Shown: one piece after another, positions 51,151 to 63,775 of the stretch
Layout: every line of letters begins with the position of its first letter
Numbering within the stretch: position 1 is the stretch's first letter
Assembly: GCF_006345805.1 (NCBI RefSeq)
Contig: NC_043000.1
Span: forward strand, 79,670,001 to 79,734,000
DNA: 64,000 nucleotides
DNA from: Octopus sinensis
Lineage: Eukaryota
Direction of reading: 5' to 3'
Made by a program: the position numbers and the translations under genes
Notes under the pieces: generated by a model
What the model was told of the DNA's origin: nothing
The model's database searches: none
The model's input: only the letters and a program-made list of their open reading frames with translations

Positions 51151-51349
51151 AAGACTGATCATATCCAACCCAAATATTCTACCTGTTTTAGGTTCAAGTT
51201 GGCCAAATCTATCTTCTTGGATATACCCTACAATGTCATTTGAAAAATATACAATCACATCATCAAAATCTCAAAGCCACAAGATAATACAAGATTAATT
51301 TAAAACAATGCAAATAAAAAAAGCATCTAAATGCTAAAGGGTTAATATA

Positions 51350-51635
51350 TAGTGATAGGGGTCAATAGGAAGATGTAGTGGGAGGGCATAGTGGGAGCTT
51401 ATTGTGGAAGGATATAGTGTCGGAATATACTGGTAGTTTATGGTATGAGGGTATAGTGAGAGGTTACAGTACTGGGTACAGTGGGAGGATATATTTGGAG
51501 ATTTTAGAGGGAAAGTAATATGGAGGATATAGTTGAGGATTATTATAGGAGATCATAAAATGGTATCCTGAGAGAGTATAGTGAGAGAATATAGTGTGAG
51601 AAAATCACAGAATATATAGTGGAAAGTGTAGTGGG
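51350..51635. repeat. Degenerate minisatellite (about 13-14-bp unit, GGATATAGTGGGA-like)
   Basis: Recurrent atatagtg/gtagtggga motifs throughout. Confidence 0.55.
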
Positions 51636-52584
51636 AAATTATTGTTGATTATATCAACTCCTAAGACAATTATTTTATTTTCTTACCCCTGGAAGGATGA
51701 CAGGCAAAATTACCCTCAATGAGATTTGAACATATCACACAGAGGGGCATATGTAAAAAAATACAAAAGTATTTACTCTGTCCACCAATTCTATAGTAAA
51801 ATAATTAATAATTTTTAAGATAGACACAAAACTTAATATCTATCTTCAGGCTATGATCATACCACATCATCATCATGATAATAACATATGAAATGATGAT
51901 GATGATGAAGAGAGTAGAGATGGTGTCATTATTGTTTGTGGTAGTGGTGGTGGTGATGATGATGATGAGAGATGGCTGTGTAGGGGCTAAAAGTAGTGAT
52001 GATGGATATGATGAAAGATATGATGCTGAGGAGATAATGATGACAAGAAAGACAAGGAATGGAAGGAAAAAGTGGAAGGAAGTGCAGATGATAAACACAA
52101 TGACATCGTGTCCATAACTGCATCAATTACTACCAGCAAAAACAGAAGTCATAACTGAGAGAAGGAAAAAGAGAAAGAAAGAAAGAAAGATAAAGAGAAG
52201 AGGGAGAAGTGGAGAGAGAGACTAAGAGGGAGAGAAAGTGTAATCTGATCTGAGTTGTCAGCTTTCATATTATTTCCTGTCACTTGTTGCATGTAGACAT
52301 TAATTAGTGAAGAAAGAGTTAATTAGAACTCTTTCTTAATCTTACATTGAATAATTTTTAATTCTAAGCTGACTCCAAAAGATTTTTACCATTATTACCA
52401 TTGATCAACTTTCCTCTCTGTCTGTTTGTATGTCTGTCAGCCTGTGTCTCTCTCTTTGTCTGTCTATCTGTCTCTTTCTCTCTCTCTCTCTATTTATCTA
52501 GCAATCTGTTTCTATCTTTACCACGCTCTAACCTCTCTCTCTTTCATTCATCTTCTCTCAACCACAGAAATAAATGAGAAATTA

Positions 52585-53198
52585 TCTCTCTATATATAAA
52601 ACTGAGAATGTGCGTCTGTCTGTCTGTCTGTCTGTTTCCCTAAAACTTGAGAACTACACAACCAATTTCAAATTTTACACATGCCTTACTTAGGGTCCGG
52701 GGAGTGTCATTGGCAAAAAAATTTTTTAACTTTTTGCCTAGGGTGAGCCCATAGCAATATCATATCTTCTCCACTATTTCAGTAAATTTGCCACAATAGA
52801 AGCAAGGTTCGAGTCAACGGAGCGTGCAAGGGAGTACTCGACTGGAACCTTGCAAAGTGGAAATATTTTACTTTTACTTTTATATCTGGGACATAGGACG
52901 TCCCGGATAGAAATTTAAAATGTCCCACCAGAAGTAATGGTAGGCTGGATTGTAGCCACACTTCTATACAAGAGGGAAGACAAGATACAATTGATCGAAA
53001 TTACAAGAGACGGGCCTACAATTCCAGTCTGTTATATATTTTGAGTATTGTTATCACTAGCAATATCAAGATATAACTTTGTATTTTTATTTTATGTGTA
53101 GATGTATATATATAGATGTACATGTAATATGTACACACATATATATATATATATATGCACTAGCACTATGACCCGGCAATGACGGGTCATAATGCTAG
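52585..53198 (+). mobile_element. Non-autonomous Helitron (Lep1/DINE-like)
   Basis: A|TCTCTCTATATATAAAA start, (GTCT)n at about 52613-52636, terminal hairpin and CTAG|T end. Confidence 0.85.
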
Positions 53199-54955
53199 TC
53201 TCTTATATAATCCATTTCTTGTGTTGAAAGCTACAAAGAATTCTTGTGGCCTCAATAGTGAGAGCTTCAGAGATCAAGCAAGCTGTGTCTGGCTGATCCA
53301 GTTTCTATTGACCCAAATAGACCAATAATACTGGGTACTGTGGTAAGACACTGCTGAAGATAGTGGCAACCTTGTAGCACTGTATTTAGATAGTTGTATT
53401 AGGTGTTGACAGTGGTAGCACTGTGTGTAGGTAGATACTACAAAGTGTTGCATAGTGTAAGTCATTGTTGTTGGTACACAGGTACCTGTCTTTATATAGT
53501 AGTATCACAGTATATAGATTGGTAATTCAGGGTGTTGTGTTGTACAAATCATTGTTTTAGGCAGTGGGAGCACTGTATGTGGATAGTTAATAGTGGATGT
53601 TGTAGCGTGTAAATCACCACTGAATCTTGTGATGTGTAAACCCTTGTTCCAGTTAGTGGTAGCACTGTATCTAGGTAGGTAATGCTGGTCATTATGTGGT
53701 TTTATTGCTGGAGGCAGTGGTAGAACTAATTGTACCATAGGAATGGTGAGCATTTTAATAATTTACAATGTTGAATTCTTCTACATTTAATTGATCAACT
53801 TTTTAAATTCCTGGTGGAGATTTATTGATAATTGAAAACAAGCAACATATAATGTCACTTGGAAAGAAATAACTAAGACACTCTGTAAAGATGATGATGA
53901 TGATCATGATCATCATTTCACATCCATTTTCGATGCTGGCATGGGTTGGATGGTTTGCCTGAGGTCTGGAAAGCCAGTGGCTGCACCAGGCTCCAATCTG
54001 ATCTGTCAATGTTTCTATAGTTGGGTGCCCTTCCTAACACCAACCATTCTGAGAATGTAGTGGATGCTTTTTCTTCAGTAGTAAGAAAATCATACAAATA
54101 TCAGGGCCAGTGCTAGGAAGTGCAGGGCCCAATTACAGAATTGTCAGTGAGACCGTCTTCTCTACAAAAGCTGAAGACTGATTTTTTCATATGCTTTGTG
54201 TAGTATGCCAGTCCCAACCAAAAAGCTTGAGGCTCCACATTTACCAATGATAATATGCTAAAAATTGACACCTCATATGAAAGTTTTAATGTTTTATTAC
54301 GAATCAAGATAATTATGGATATGCTGTTAGGGAATAGGCCTTGTGCTTACAGAGATAACTGAGCTGAGCTGATTAAAATTCCCTGCCTGTCAGATGTTGC
54401 CAAGCACTCATTTCACAGAAAATATATATCGCAGTTAAATAAGACATTTTTCTACAGTCACAGGGTAAATCCACTTTTTGCACAAAAAAATGAAAAGAAT
54501 CATGTTGATATTTTTGCTTGATACAACAAAGGGTTTAATTCATCACAGTGTCCTCTGCTTGAATGTGTGCGTGGGGACCTAACTTGGTACAGGGCCCACT
54601 TTGAGCAAATCTGCTCAATTGGCTTAACCAGTCCTGACAATGATATGGAAGAGGCAAATAAGCTTTACCTAACAATAGTTAAATAAGGATGTAACCAAGG
54701 AAATTAATTCTAATCAATCAATTTCATACAGTTAAAGACAATTGTTGTTGTTGCTATTATGTTTTTTTATTAAGCCCCAGATCAGGCCTGATCCAACAAA
54801 CCTATCAATACAGATGTTTTATATGTTTACAGCTGTTTCGTAATTCACATTTGATCACAGCATCAACTCTGGTTTGAAGCTGAATATGTATTGTATACAC
54901 CTTATATATATATATATATGTGTGTAACATGTATATACAATCATATAGTTATAAA

Positions 54956-55891
54956 GAGGAAAACAATTAGTTTTAAATCTCTGAGTGAGAAGTGAGTAGT
55001 AGCATAAAATCTATTTGCCAACGTAGAGTGGCAGTCCTGGTTAGGATGCTGTTATTACCTTTTTAACCTCAGGAAAACATCTTTTACAGCTGGCTACCGA
55101 TGCACAACTATGTCCTTATACCTCAAACAAGGGAGCTAATGTCCCCACTCAGCCTTAAACATACCTGCAGACCATGGTTTCTGGGTTATTTCTCTTCATT
55201 GGCACAAGATAACTGTTGGCTAGAGATGGCAGCACTAGGCCTCGCTTGAGGTATATACTTTTAAAGTGATACACAGTCACTGATCTTGTAAGAAGGAAAA
55301 CAATTAGTTTTAAATCTCTGAGCAAGAAGTAAATAGTAACACTACTACAAAGTAAAATCTATTTGCCAATGTAAAGTGGCACTCCTGTGTAAGGCTGAGT
55401 GGGGACATTAGCTCCCTTGTTTGAGGTATAAGGACGCAGTTGTGCATCAGTAACCGACTGGAAAAGATGTCTTCCCAGGTTTAAAGAAGGTAGTAATATC
55501 GTCCTAACCAGGGTCACCACTTTACATTGGCAAATAGATTTTACTCTGTAGTATTATTATTTACTTCTTTCTCAGAGATTTAAAACTAATTGTTTTCCTT
55601 CTTACAAGATCAGTGACTGTGTGTCACTTTAAAAGTATATACCTCAAGCAAGGCCTAGTGCTGTCATCTCTAGTGAATGGCTATCCTGTGCCAATGAAGA
55701 GAAATAACCCAGAAACCATGCTCTGCAGGTACTGTTTAAGGCTGAGTGGGGACATTAACTCCCTTGTTCGAGGTATAAGGATGCAGTTGTGTGTTGGTAG
55801 CCAGCTGTAAAAAATGTTTTCCTGGGGGCTAAAAAAGGTAGTAACATTGTCCTAACCAGGACTGCCACTTTACGTTGGCAAATAAATTTTA
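54956..55891. repeat. Foldback palindrome built from an approximately 340-bp unit in opposing orientations
   Basis: Arms 55005-55379 and 55517-55891 are reverse complements (about 85-90 percent by eye); direct periodicity is 337 bp on the left and 347 bp on the right. Confidence 0.93.
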
Positions 55892-55901
55892 CCTTATAGT
55901 C

Positions 55902-55936
<35 letters not shown>

Positions 55937-55940
55937 TATA

Positions 55941-56675
55941 CTAGCAGTAGTACCTGGCGTTGCATGGGTCTTAATAAATTACCATTCAACTGTGAAAAGA
56001 TGAGGCCTTACAACTGAGAAAATTTTTTGAGCCCTACCTCTGCTACCGTGTTTGCACAATGCTCTTCTGATTTTAACACCTTACTCCGCAGCTCAGTGCA
56101 GATTAGAACCATACACTTGTGAATGAAGCCATAGAATGAAGCATACAGATAAATGTATAGAGAGAGAACGAGTTGAACAATAGATTGCTCCCAGTTGAAG
56201 GAGGTTAATGGTCAACAGTTGGAATGTCACCTTCAAGAGGTTCATGTAACATGTAGCTGCCATGAATTTTGTAAATTGGTATCCTTTCCATTGAATTGGT
56301 CACTTTAGTGTTATGAATAAACATACTTGAGGTAATCAACCATATAGAAGGCAGCAGAAATGTCCTCAAGTATGTGATACCTAACCTGCTCTTCCGCTGG
56401 TCCGTTTGTAGCAGCTGTTTGACAACATTGTTTCTTCGCACTATTGTGAAACTGACATGAATCACCACCTCTTTGCCATGATAGAAGCACCACATGAACA
56501 CCTTCCATAAACCCACAGAATGTCAAGAGGCAGGCACCCTTTTCTGATGCTTCAGTCTGATATGGGAAAAATAGTAAAAGTCTTTGAGTGTACCCCGTTA
56601 TATGCATGCATGACAATAATGTATCCACTTCAGCCTTGGCAAATACATAGCACTTCGTTGTAGACAATGTTTTTC
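55941..56675 (-). mobile_element. 3-prime end of a Helitron, probably derived from an autonomous element
   Basis: Hairpin and CTAG end at 55941 (same family as 23078). The minus strand near 56645-56672 reads KNIVYNEVL, the typical C-terminus of Helitron RepHel helicases; it is truncated at the adjacent mariner. Confidence 0.7.
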
Positions 56676-56689
56676 TAGATAATTTTAAT

Positions 56690-57812
56690 TAATTTTTGTT
56701 TATTTTCAGATCAGTAAAATGGAATGTCAAGTTAAGAAAAACGAGCATTTTCAATACCTCCTTTTTGCTTTTAATCAAGGTTTTAAGGCCGCAAAAGCTG
56801 CTTGCAAAATTTGTGCTGTGTATTGAGAGCGTGACATAGCTGAAAGAACTGCTCATGATTGGTATGCCAAGTTCAAAAATGGAAAGTTTGACCTCAAAGA
56901 CACACCTCATTCTGGCTGTCCAGTTTGATGAAGAGCGATTAAACCAACTTTTGCATGAAAATTCTCGTCAAATGACAAGGGAACTGGCAGAGAAAATGGA
57001 ATGCTCCCACACTGCTATAGGGAAGCATCTTCACTCAATGGGAAAGGTTCAAAAGTATGGAGCATGGGTTCTCCATGCTTTAAGTGACAACAACAAAAAT
57101 CAACGAGCCACAATCTCTGCTGGTTTGCTTGCTCGTCACCGCTCAACTCATCGACACAAGCAATGATTTCTTTACCGAATCATTACTGGCAACGAAAAAT
57201 GGTGCCTGTACATCAATATGAAGCAGTGTAAGGAATGGCTTAGCCCTGGTAAACAAGCGACACTGTGCGTGAAACAAGATCTTCATCCATGTAAAATGGT
57301 GTTGTGCATATGGTGGGATTGGGAAGGGATTATCCATTATGAATTGCTTAAATGGAACCAATGCGGAACTCTGTGTTCAACAGATGGAACGACTCAACAT
57401 GGCTATTCAAGAGAAAAGACCTAATCATCTGCATGAAGTTCTTCTGCTGCACGACAACGCCTGCCCTCATATCGCCAATATGACCAAGGAAGCCATTCAA
57501 ACACATGGCTGGGAAGTGCTGCCACACTCACTGTACCCTCCTGATTTGGCACCAATGGATTTCCACCTCTTCTGATCTCTTTCAAATGCTATGTGTGGAG
57601 TTTTGTTCAATACTGATGCAGAATTGAGAGCTTGGTTGGATTAATTTTTCAAGTCAGAATCGGGTGATTTCAACTAATGAGGTATTGAAAATCTTGTTGA
57701 ATGTTGGGAAGAAGTTGTAAACAACAAAGGTGACTACATTATTGATTGATTAGTTGTTATTTTTTCTTAAACCTTTTAAAAAAACAGTGGGAACTTACTT
57801 GCCAACCCAATA
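56690..57812 (+). mobile_element. Decayed mariner transposon lacking its left TIR
   Basis: WVLHALSDNNKNQR, NEKWCLYIN, KMVLCIWWD, LLLHDNACPH, YPPDLAPMDFHLF; right TIR gggaacttacttgccaacccaata. Confidence 0.9.
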
Positions 57813-59991
57813 ATCGGTCACATGTAGGTTCTCTAACTATCCAATCAACAAAGGTACAAAGTATAGACACACCTTATAGAAGTCAGTTGCAATCAATTAC
57901 TTGTACAAAATTTTAAATATGTGCAAATGTATATTCATCAGTCAGTTCTCTGTGAACACTTACTTATTAAAAAATTTAAAAAAAGAGGAAGAAAGAAAGT
58001 TAGTTTCCTGTCTTCTATGGAAGCATATCTGGACAAGTTGAAATATTACCTTACTTGGAAACAGGTGGATGTTGGTCTAACATGGGAATATGGGCATAGA
58101 AAGTCTGCTGCAGTGTATTACCTCCAAGTATGGAAAGTGGATGTTGGAATGGTGATGATGAAATATATTCATATTATAGATTTTGAAATGTGAGAATGTT
58201 ATAGTGAGAATCATGACACCCACTGTGAGAATCGACTAAGTAGCAGCGTGTTTGACTGAGAGAAAGAGATGAGAAATCCCAGGAAGTTGAAAGGTGTTGT
58301 TTGGAGTGTGTGGAGTTGCAAGAAATTGTTGAGAAGTTGTTATAGTTCATTAAGAGTTGTTTTGGATTGGTAACAGTTGTTGACAGAGTATTTGGGAATA
58401 CATCAAGTGGAGGCAGTTGGTATCTACCCTGTTCTGTGGTACTATATATCACACTGTATTTCTGCATGACACTAAGGTGACATATACAGAAACCATGTTA
58501 TAAAAGGAAACATTCTATAAACAACCTTACAAGTGTCAAATGAGTCAGAATTCTACAGAAAGCAAAGGAACTCCCAAATGCAGGATGACTGTGAAGACAG
58601 CTTAGAAAATTTGGTAAATATCCTTTTAAAAGAAGGGAAAAAAAGTGGCCAGAAAACCTCTACAGAAAATCAAAGTCTTACTGGCCACTTTTTTCTGTCT
58701 TTGAAAATTGTATTTGCCCAATTATCTAAGCTATCTTCATAGCCATCCAATGTTTGAGAATTTTTTCATATTCATACACGTGTGTGTGTGTGTGTGTGTG
58801 TATGTGTGTGTGTGTGTGTATGTGTGCCACTTCCAGCAGCTTGAGTCATACTTCAAAATATTGTTGTTAGGTAGAGATCAAAAAGATCTTTGAAGTCAGT
58901 GTATATCTCCAGTTTTAACATCTGTATGAACTTGAGAGACAAATGTTTCTCCTACCAACATTTGAGCAGGGCTCAAATTTATTATACTTAATACTGCTCA
59001 TGAGAAATATTGAACTCTGCACTGCAAAGTAACCCTGTAACAACTACTTTAAATAATTTGTGATGATTTAAGCACTATGTTCTTGTGAGATGCAAATGAA
59101 AAAATTAAAAGCTTAGATGAGCTCTGGGGATTGTTTATGCTGAAATAACATAATTGCATGCAAGCAATTGTACTATCAGGATCTTGTTGTTACAACTCTT
59201 AGTCATGCTTTTAGATATGCCACAAATTATTTTGTGCACTTAATTAATTAAGACATTATACAGCTATTGAATTATTTCCCAATTCCACAATGTTGATACT
59301 GATAAAGATAAATTTTATACAAACATCTCCATCTCTCTGTTCACTTCTCTCACTATATACGTATATATATATATATATATATACACACGCACACACACAC
59401 ACATACACATATGCACACTTCCATACACACACACACACACACATATATACATACATACACACACATATATATATATACGTATATATGTTAAGAAATTAAG
59501 AAATTAATTTGTATCTATTTGACCTCTGTTTTCTAATTCAATAAAATATAAAAATACATATATATATATATATTCTTTTATTCTTTTAATTGTTTCAGTC
59601 ATTTGACTGCAGTCATACTGGAGCACTGCCTTTAGTCGAGAAAATCGACCCCAGTACTTATTCTCTGTAATCCTAGTACTTATTCTATCGGTATCTTTTG
59701 CTGAACTGCTAAGTTGCAGGCACATAAAAACACCAACACACACACACACACACATATATATGATGAGCTTCTTTCAGTTTCTGTCTACCAAATCCACTCA
59801 CAAGGCTTTAGTTGACCTGACGCAATATTAGAAGACACTTGCCCAAAGTGCCAAGCAGTGAGACTGAACCTGGAACCATGTGGTTGGTAAGCAAGCTACT
59901 TATCTCACAGCCACTCCTGTATATATGTATATATACATGTACACATGTATATATACATATACATATATATATATACATGTTCATATATATA

Positions 59992-60046
<55 letters not shown>

Positions 60047-60061
60047 GTATGTATACATATG

Positions 60062-60553
60062 AATGTAATGACATGCATAAGATCTGGTCATCAAATCTAA
60101 GTAGAGACTTCAAACTTGAAATCTTCAAAGCCACAGTCGAACCAATTCTACTATATGGCTCAGAAACCTGGACGTTATCAAAGAAGCTTGAGAGGCGGTT
60201 GGATGGAACCTACACTCGCCTCCTTATGAGAGCTCAAAATCTCTCGTAGAAGTGTCATCCAACAAAAATGCAAATATATGGGAAACTACCACCTGTGTCA
60301 TCTCTTGTGAAAGGTAGGAGAGTCCAGTTTGCTGGACATCATTGTAGAGCTGAAAACGAGGCAATTTCTACTCTTCTCTGGAAGCCATCTACTCACAATA
60401 CCAGAGGGCACACACTCTCCTACCCTGATGTAATCTCCAGGGATACAGGCATCCAGCAACAGGACCTCCGTAATGCTATGATGGACAGTGAAGTCTGGCG
60501 TAGCATGGTAAATTCCATTGTCTCGACCACAGTCGAACAATGATGATGATGAT
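60062..60553 (+). mobile_element. 3-prime fragment of a second RTE-clade family
   Basis: IFKATVEPILLYGSETWTLSKKLERRLDGTYTRLL, RRVQFAGH; ends in (GAT)n; both flanks are TA/TG microsatellite. Confidence 0.85.
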
Positions 60554-61024
60554 GTATACATGTATATAAGTATGTATATGTATACATATAAATACATAAA
60601 CACACACATATCATTGTGATACCAAATCATAACTGGGTGGAATGAGCCAGTATATTTGTTCTCTTTTTATTTGATTATTTTATAATATTTTGTGAACAAT
60701 AGGATCAATAGGGTTCTAACAAGCTAATTGCTTTTTTACAAAGGTAAAAGCAACAACTGAATGTTGAGTGGTTGTACAATTCAGGTGGAACAAATACCAC
60801 AAATCATTTTTGCTCAGAAGGACTGATTGATTGGCTATTTTGCCAAATTCTTAAAATACATCAGTGAAAAATATTCACATGTGTACACACACAAACATGC
60901 ATACATGTATTCATATATATTGGTTCATGTACATTTACTGAGGCCTTCATTCTGTTACTATTTCTATGCATATAACAGCACTTTATCTATGCATATAACA
61001 ACACTTATTTTAATTATGCATCTT

Positions 61025-61061
<37 letters not shown>

Positions 61062-61199
61062 AGAATGAGAGAGAGTGAGAGAATAAATTGCAGAGAAATG
61101 TAAATCTCAGATATATCAGAATTTAATAACTTGCAACATCTGTTTCATTAAAAATAAACATAATTAATTCTTTTATTTATTACATAATCAAGGAGCTAA

Positions 61200-61900
61200 G
61201 TAATTAAGTAATTACATAACTGATGTACTAAGATTATTTATCTTGTTTGAATTGCATAGAAACTTTCCAAAACTTGTGGTTGGTCTGTATCATGATGAAT
61301 CCCTCTTTACTACCAGTTATTATTCTCTATCTTAATCAGAACGATTTATGCAAATCCCTACATAAATCTTTTAAAAATTATATTTCATCTGTTACCTTTG
61401 AGAAGGGTACTAAAATTGTAAATTCTCTTGATGTGATCCTTAATTTTAATTCTGGTTTTATGATCCTTTACATAAATCAAAATAACTCAACATTATATAA
61501 ATGAAATATCCAATAATCTTAGATCCATAATAAATAATTTAGTTAAGAATATAACAATTAGAATTTCCAATCTTTGCCTAATGAAAAAATCTTTAATGAT
61601 AATTCAATATGCTTTAGATGAAAAAATGAAATATATATATATATTACTAAACTTGAAACTTAATCAAATTAATTATCTTAGCTATATTAATACTTCTAAT
61701 AAGATTAAAAACTATTAGCATATAAATAAATATTTTTCTATGAAAAATGATAAAAGGCAATATGATTATAATCACACTAAAAATGAAAATGGAATATTGA
61801 ATTTACCTACTAACAGAGATAAATATAATTGCTCATCATCTTTTTCTATAAAAACAGGAATTCCTCTGAATAGACAAGTAATGTTAAACTCTTCTTGACA
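61200..61900 (+). mobile_element. Decayed Penelope-like element fragment
   Basis: GLYHDESL (YRDDGL-type RT motif), KIVNSLDVILNF..G, PYINQNNS, and a Cys-containing remnant preceding where GIY-YIG normally lies. Confidence 0.6.
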
Positions 61901-61949
61901 AAATCTATTAGGTCCACTTCAAATAATAATTATATACTGTAAATCATGT

Positions 61950-62300
61950 TCAGAATACCACCTGCAAAAGAGACATCTTTCAAGGTGGCTCTCTCTTCCC
62001 ATTACTTTTTTTCATGGCACTAACCCCACTCTCAAATGAATTGAACAACACTGTATATTGTTAAAAAATTAACAAGATCATAAACCATTTATTTCACATG
62101 GACAATTTGAAGTTGTTTGCAAAAAGAAGTGGAGAAACTGTCAAAATATTCACAATATGGGGTATGAAGGTAAAAGCAATACCAGTAATAATTGGAACAT
62201 TGGGTATGATAAAAAAAAATGAATAAAATGTAGAAGCCATACCTCGACCCTTAACACTACACACTATCTACTAGGAACAGCCCACATTCTATTCAAGACA
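61950..62300 (+). mobile_element. Dong/R4-clade fragments (second piece at about 62700-62880)
   Basis: RDIFQGGSLFPLLF, NHLFHMDNLKLFAK, KAIPVIIGTLG, LLGTAHIL; 62700-62880 reads HGAFHPKSDTDRLYLSRRKGGRGLIS. Confidence 0.8.
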
Positions 62301-62979
62301 TTATCAATTCAATAGCACAACCCAAATAAAACAACCCACAAACACAAGATGCTTTCTATACTGCAAATATTCAATAAAATAAACAACCCCCACAACATAT
62401 ACTTTACAGGTCAGATAGCCAACAGAAGAATACAACTCACATTACACATGCAACATTAATATAACAGACTCAAGCCAAACCCCATAACAAAACAAACTAA
62501 TGCAACACAGTACCAGGAAGTGTTTGTACTCACCCAACACCAACAAAAGCAAGAATGCACTATGTTGCACACATCTCAGCAACATGGATGTGCAGTAGAT
62601 GATGCAGTAGAAATTTGCCTAAAACTATCAAATGTTGAATGGGTCTACAACAAATATTCTGATCAGTACCACAGATTTGCTTGTTAGTTGCTTGACCTTA
62701 ACCATTGAGTAGTACATGGAGCCTTCCACCCTAAGAGTGACACTGATAGGCTGTACTTGTCCAGAAGAAAAGGTGGGAGAGGTTTGATCAGTTATAAGGA
62801 CTGTATTGGAACAGACGAAAACAGCCTAGGGTGATATATTAAAAATGCTGCGGAGCCACTATTGAAACATATGAAGAAGGCCAGTGTAGCATTGGTGGAA
62901 TGCATCCGCGCTCTCTGAGATATGCAGTACAAATAACGTCGTAGCAGATAACAGTTAACTTTTGGCTGCTATTTGGACC

Positions 62980-63775
62980 CTGTTGTGTCCACTACTCTGA
63001 TTGGTTGGCATCGGTGCAGTTTGTCTCTCGACTTATTTCATGCCAATGAGTAAACCAACCAATCAGAACCTTTCAATAATATCATGTGAGACAGATTGTT
63101 CACAATCCAATTTGAGCCTCCCTTTTGCTTTATAAGGTGCCAGCAAATCACTATTTCTTGTCTTTGGTCTTCGGCCATTGACCATACCCCCACAGAGCAG
63201 CCAGTTTCAGCGACGCCAGACCAGCCAGTTTCTGCAACTCAACCAGCACAAGTTCCCGCGACGACACCAACATATACCATCAAGCAGGACGTTTCCACTA
63301 CTGTTGCCCTTCAATTTCATGTTATCTCCAACAACACCAATACGTACACAACTTGCTCAGGTTAACTTTTACGCTGTTGTGATATTCACCAAGGTTAACA
63401 GCACACAGACACCTGTGAGATCTACCAATGTAACCTGGCAATGGATTGAAGCACCAACTTCTACATGTGTAGTAACCGATTTCCTCTTTGCCACCGACTT
63501 CATTGATACAGAACCACTGCTATTGTGTACCTGTATGAACTGGTAAATTATTCTCCATCTTGTGTCTGGACATTCTTTCTTTGCTCTGTATTGTTATTTC
63601 ACTCATATAACACACATGAACCCACAAACACAACACACTTGTTGCACACATCGTTGTTGTACTTACAACGGACACACAGACACACTTGTTGCATGCATTC
63701 TGACACTCCACTCTCCTAGCATTATACACACTCATTGTACACCTCTGTAAATAAAGTCTTTCTCTCTCAAACAGT
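62980..63775 (+). mobile_element. Possible solo LTR or other terminal-repeat sequence
   Basis: Inverted CCAAT-containing 13-bp repeat (62996-63008 / 63055-63067), TATAAG at 63131, three imperfect 22-24-bp tandem repeats (63195-63265), AATAAA near 63750 then ...aaaca. No partner LTR or TSD seen. Confidence 0.3.

Noticed and set aside
58639-58694. 14-bp inverted repeat AAAAAAGTGGCCAG/CTGGCCACTTTTTT
   Set aside because: Short, partly homopolymeric, and the stem is too short for a pre-miRNA; no other support.
58174-58742. Possible exons of a second gene (ORFs 58174-58467 and 58533-58742; a 22-nt segment with good splice sites near 58531-58552)
   Set aside because: No recognisable protein motif and no consistent multi-exon frame could be built.
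59256-60134. ORFs such as MCVCVCV, YIYIYI, THTHTH here and at about 25.7, 26.4, 32.2, 39.8, 43.5 and 58.7 kb
   Set aside because: Stop-free translations of dinucleotide microsatellites.
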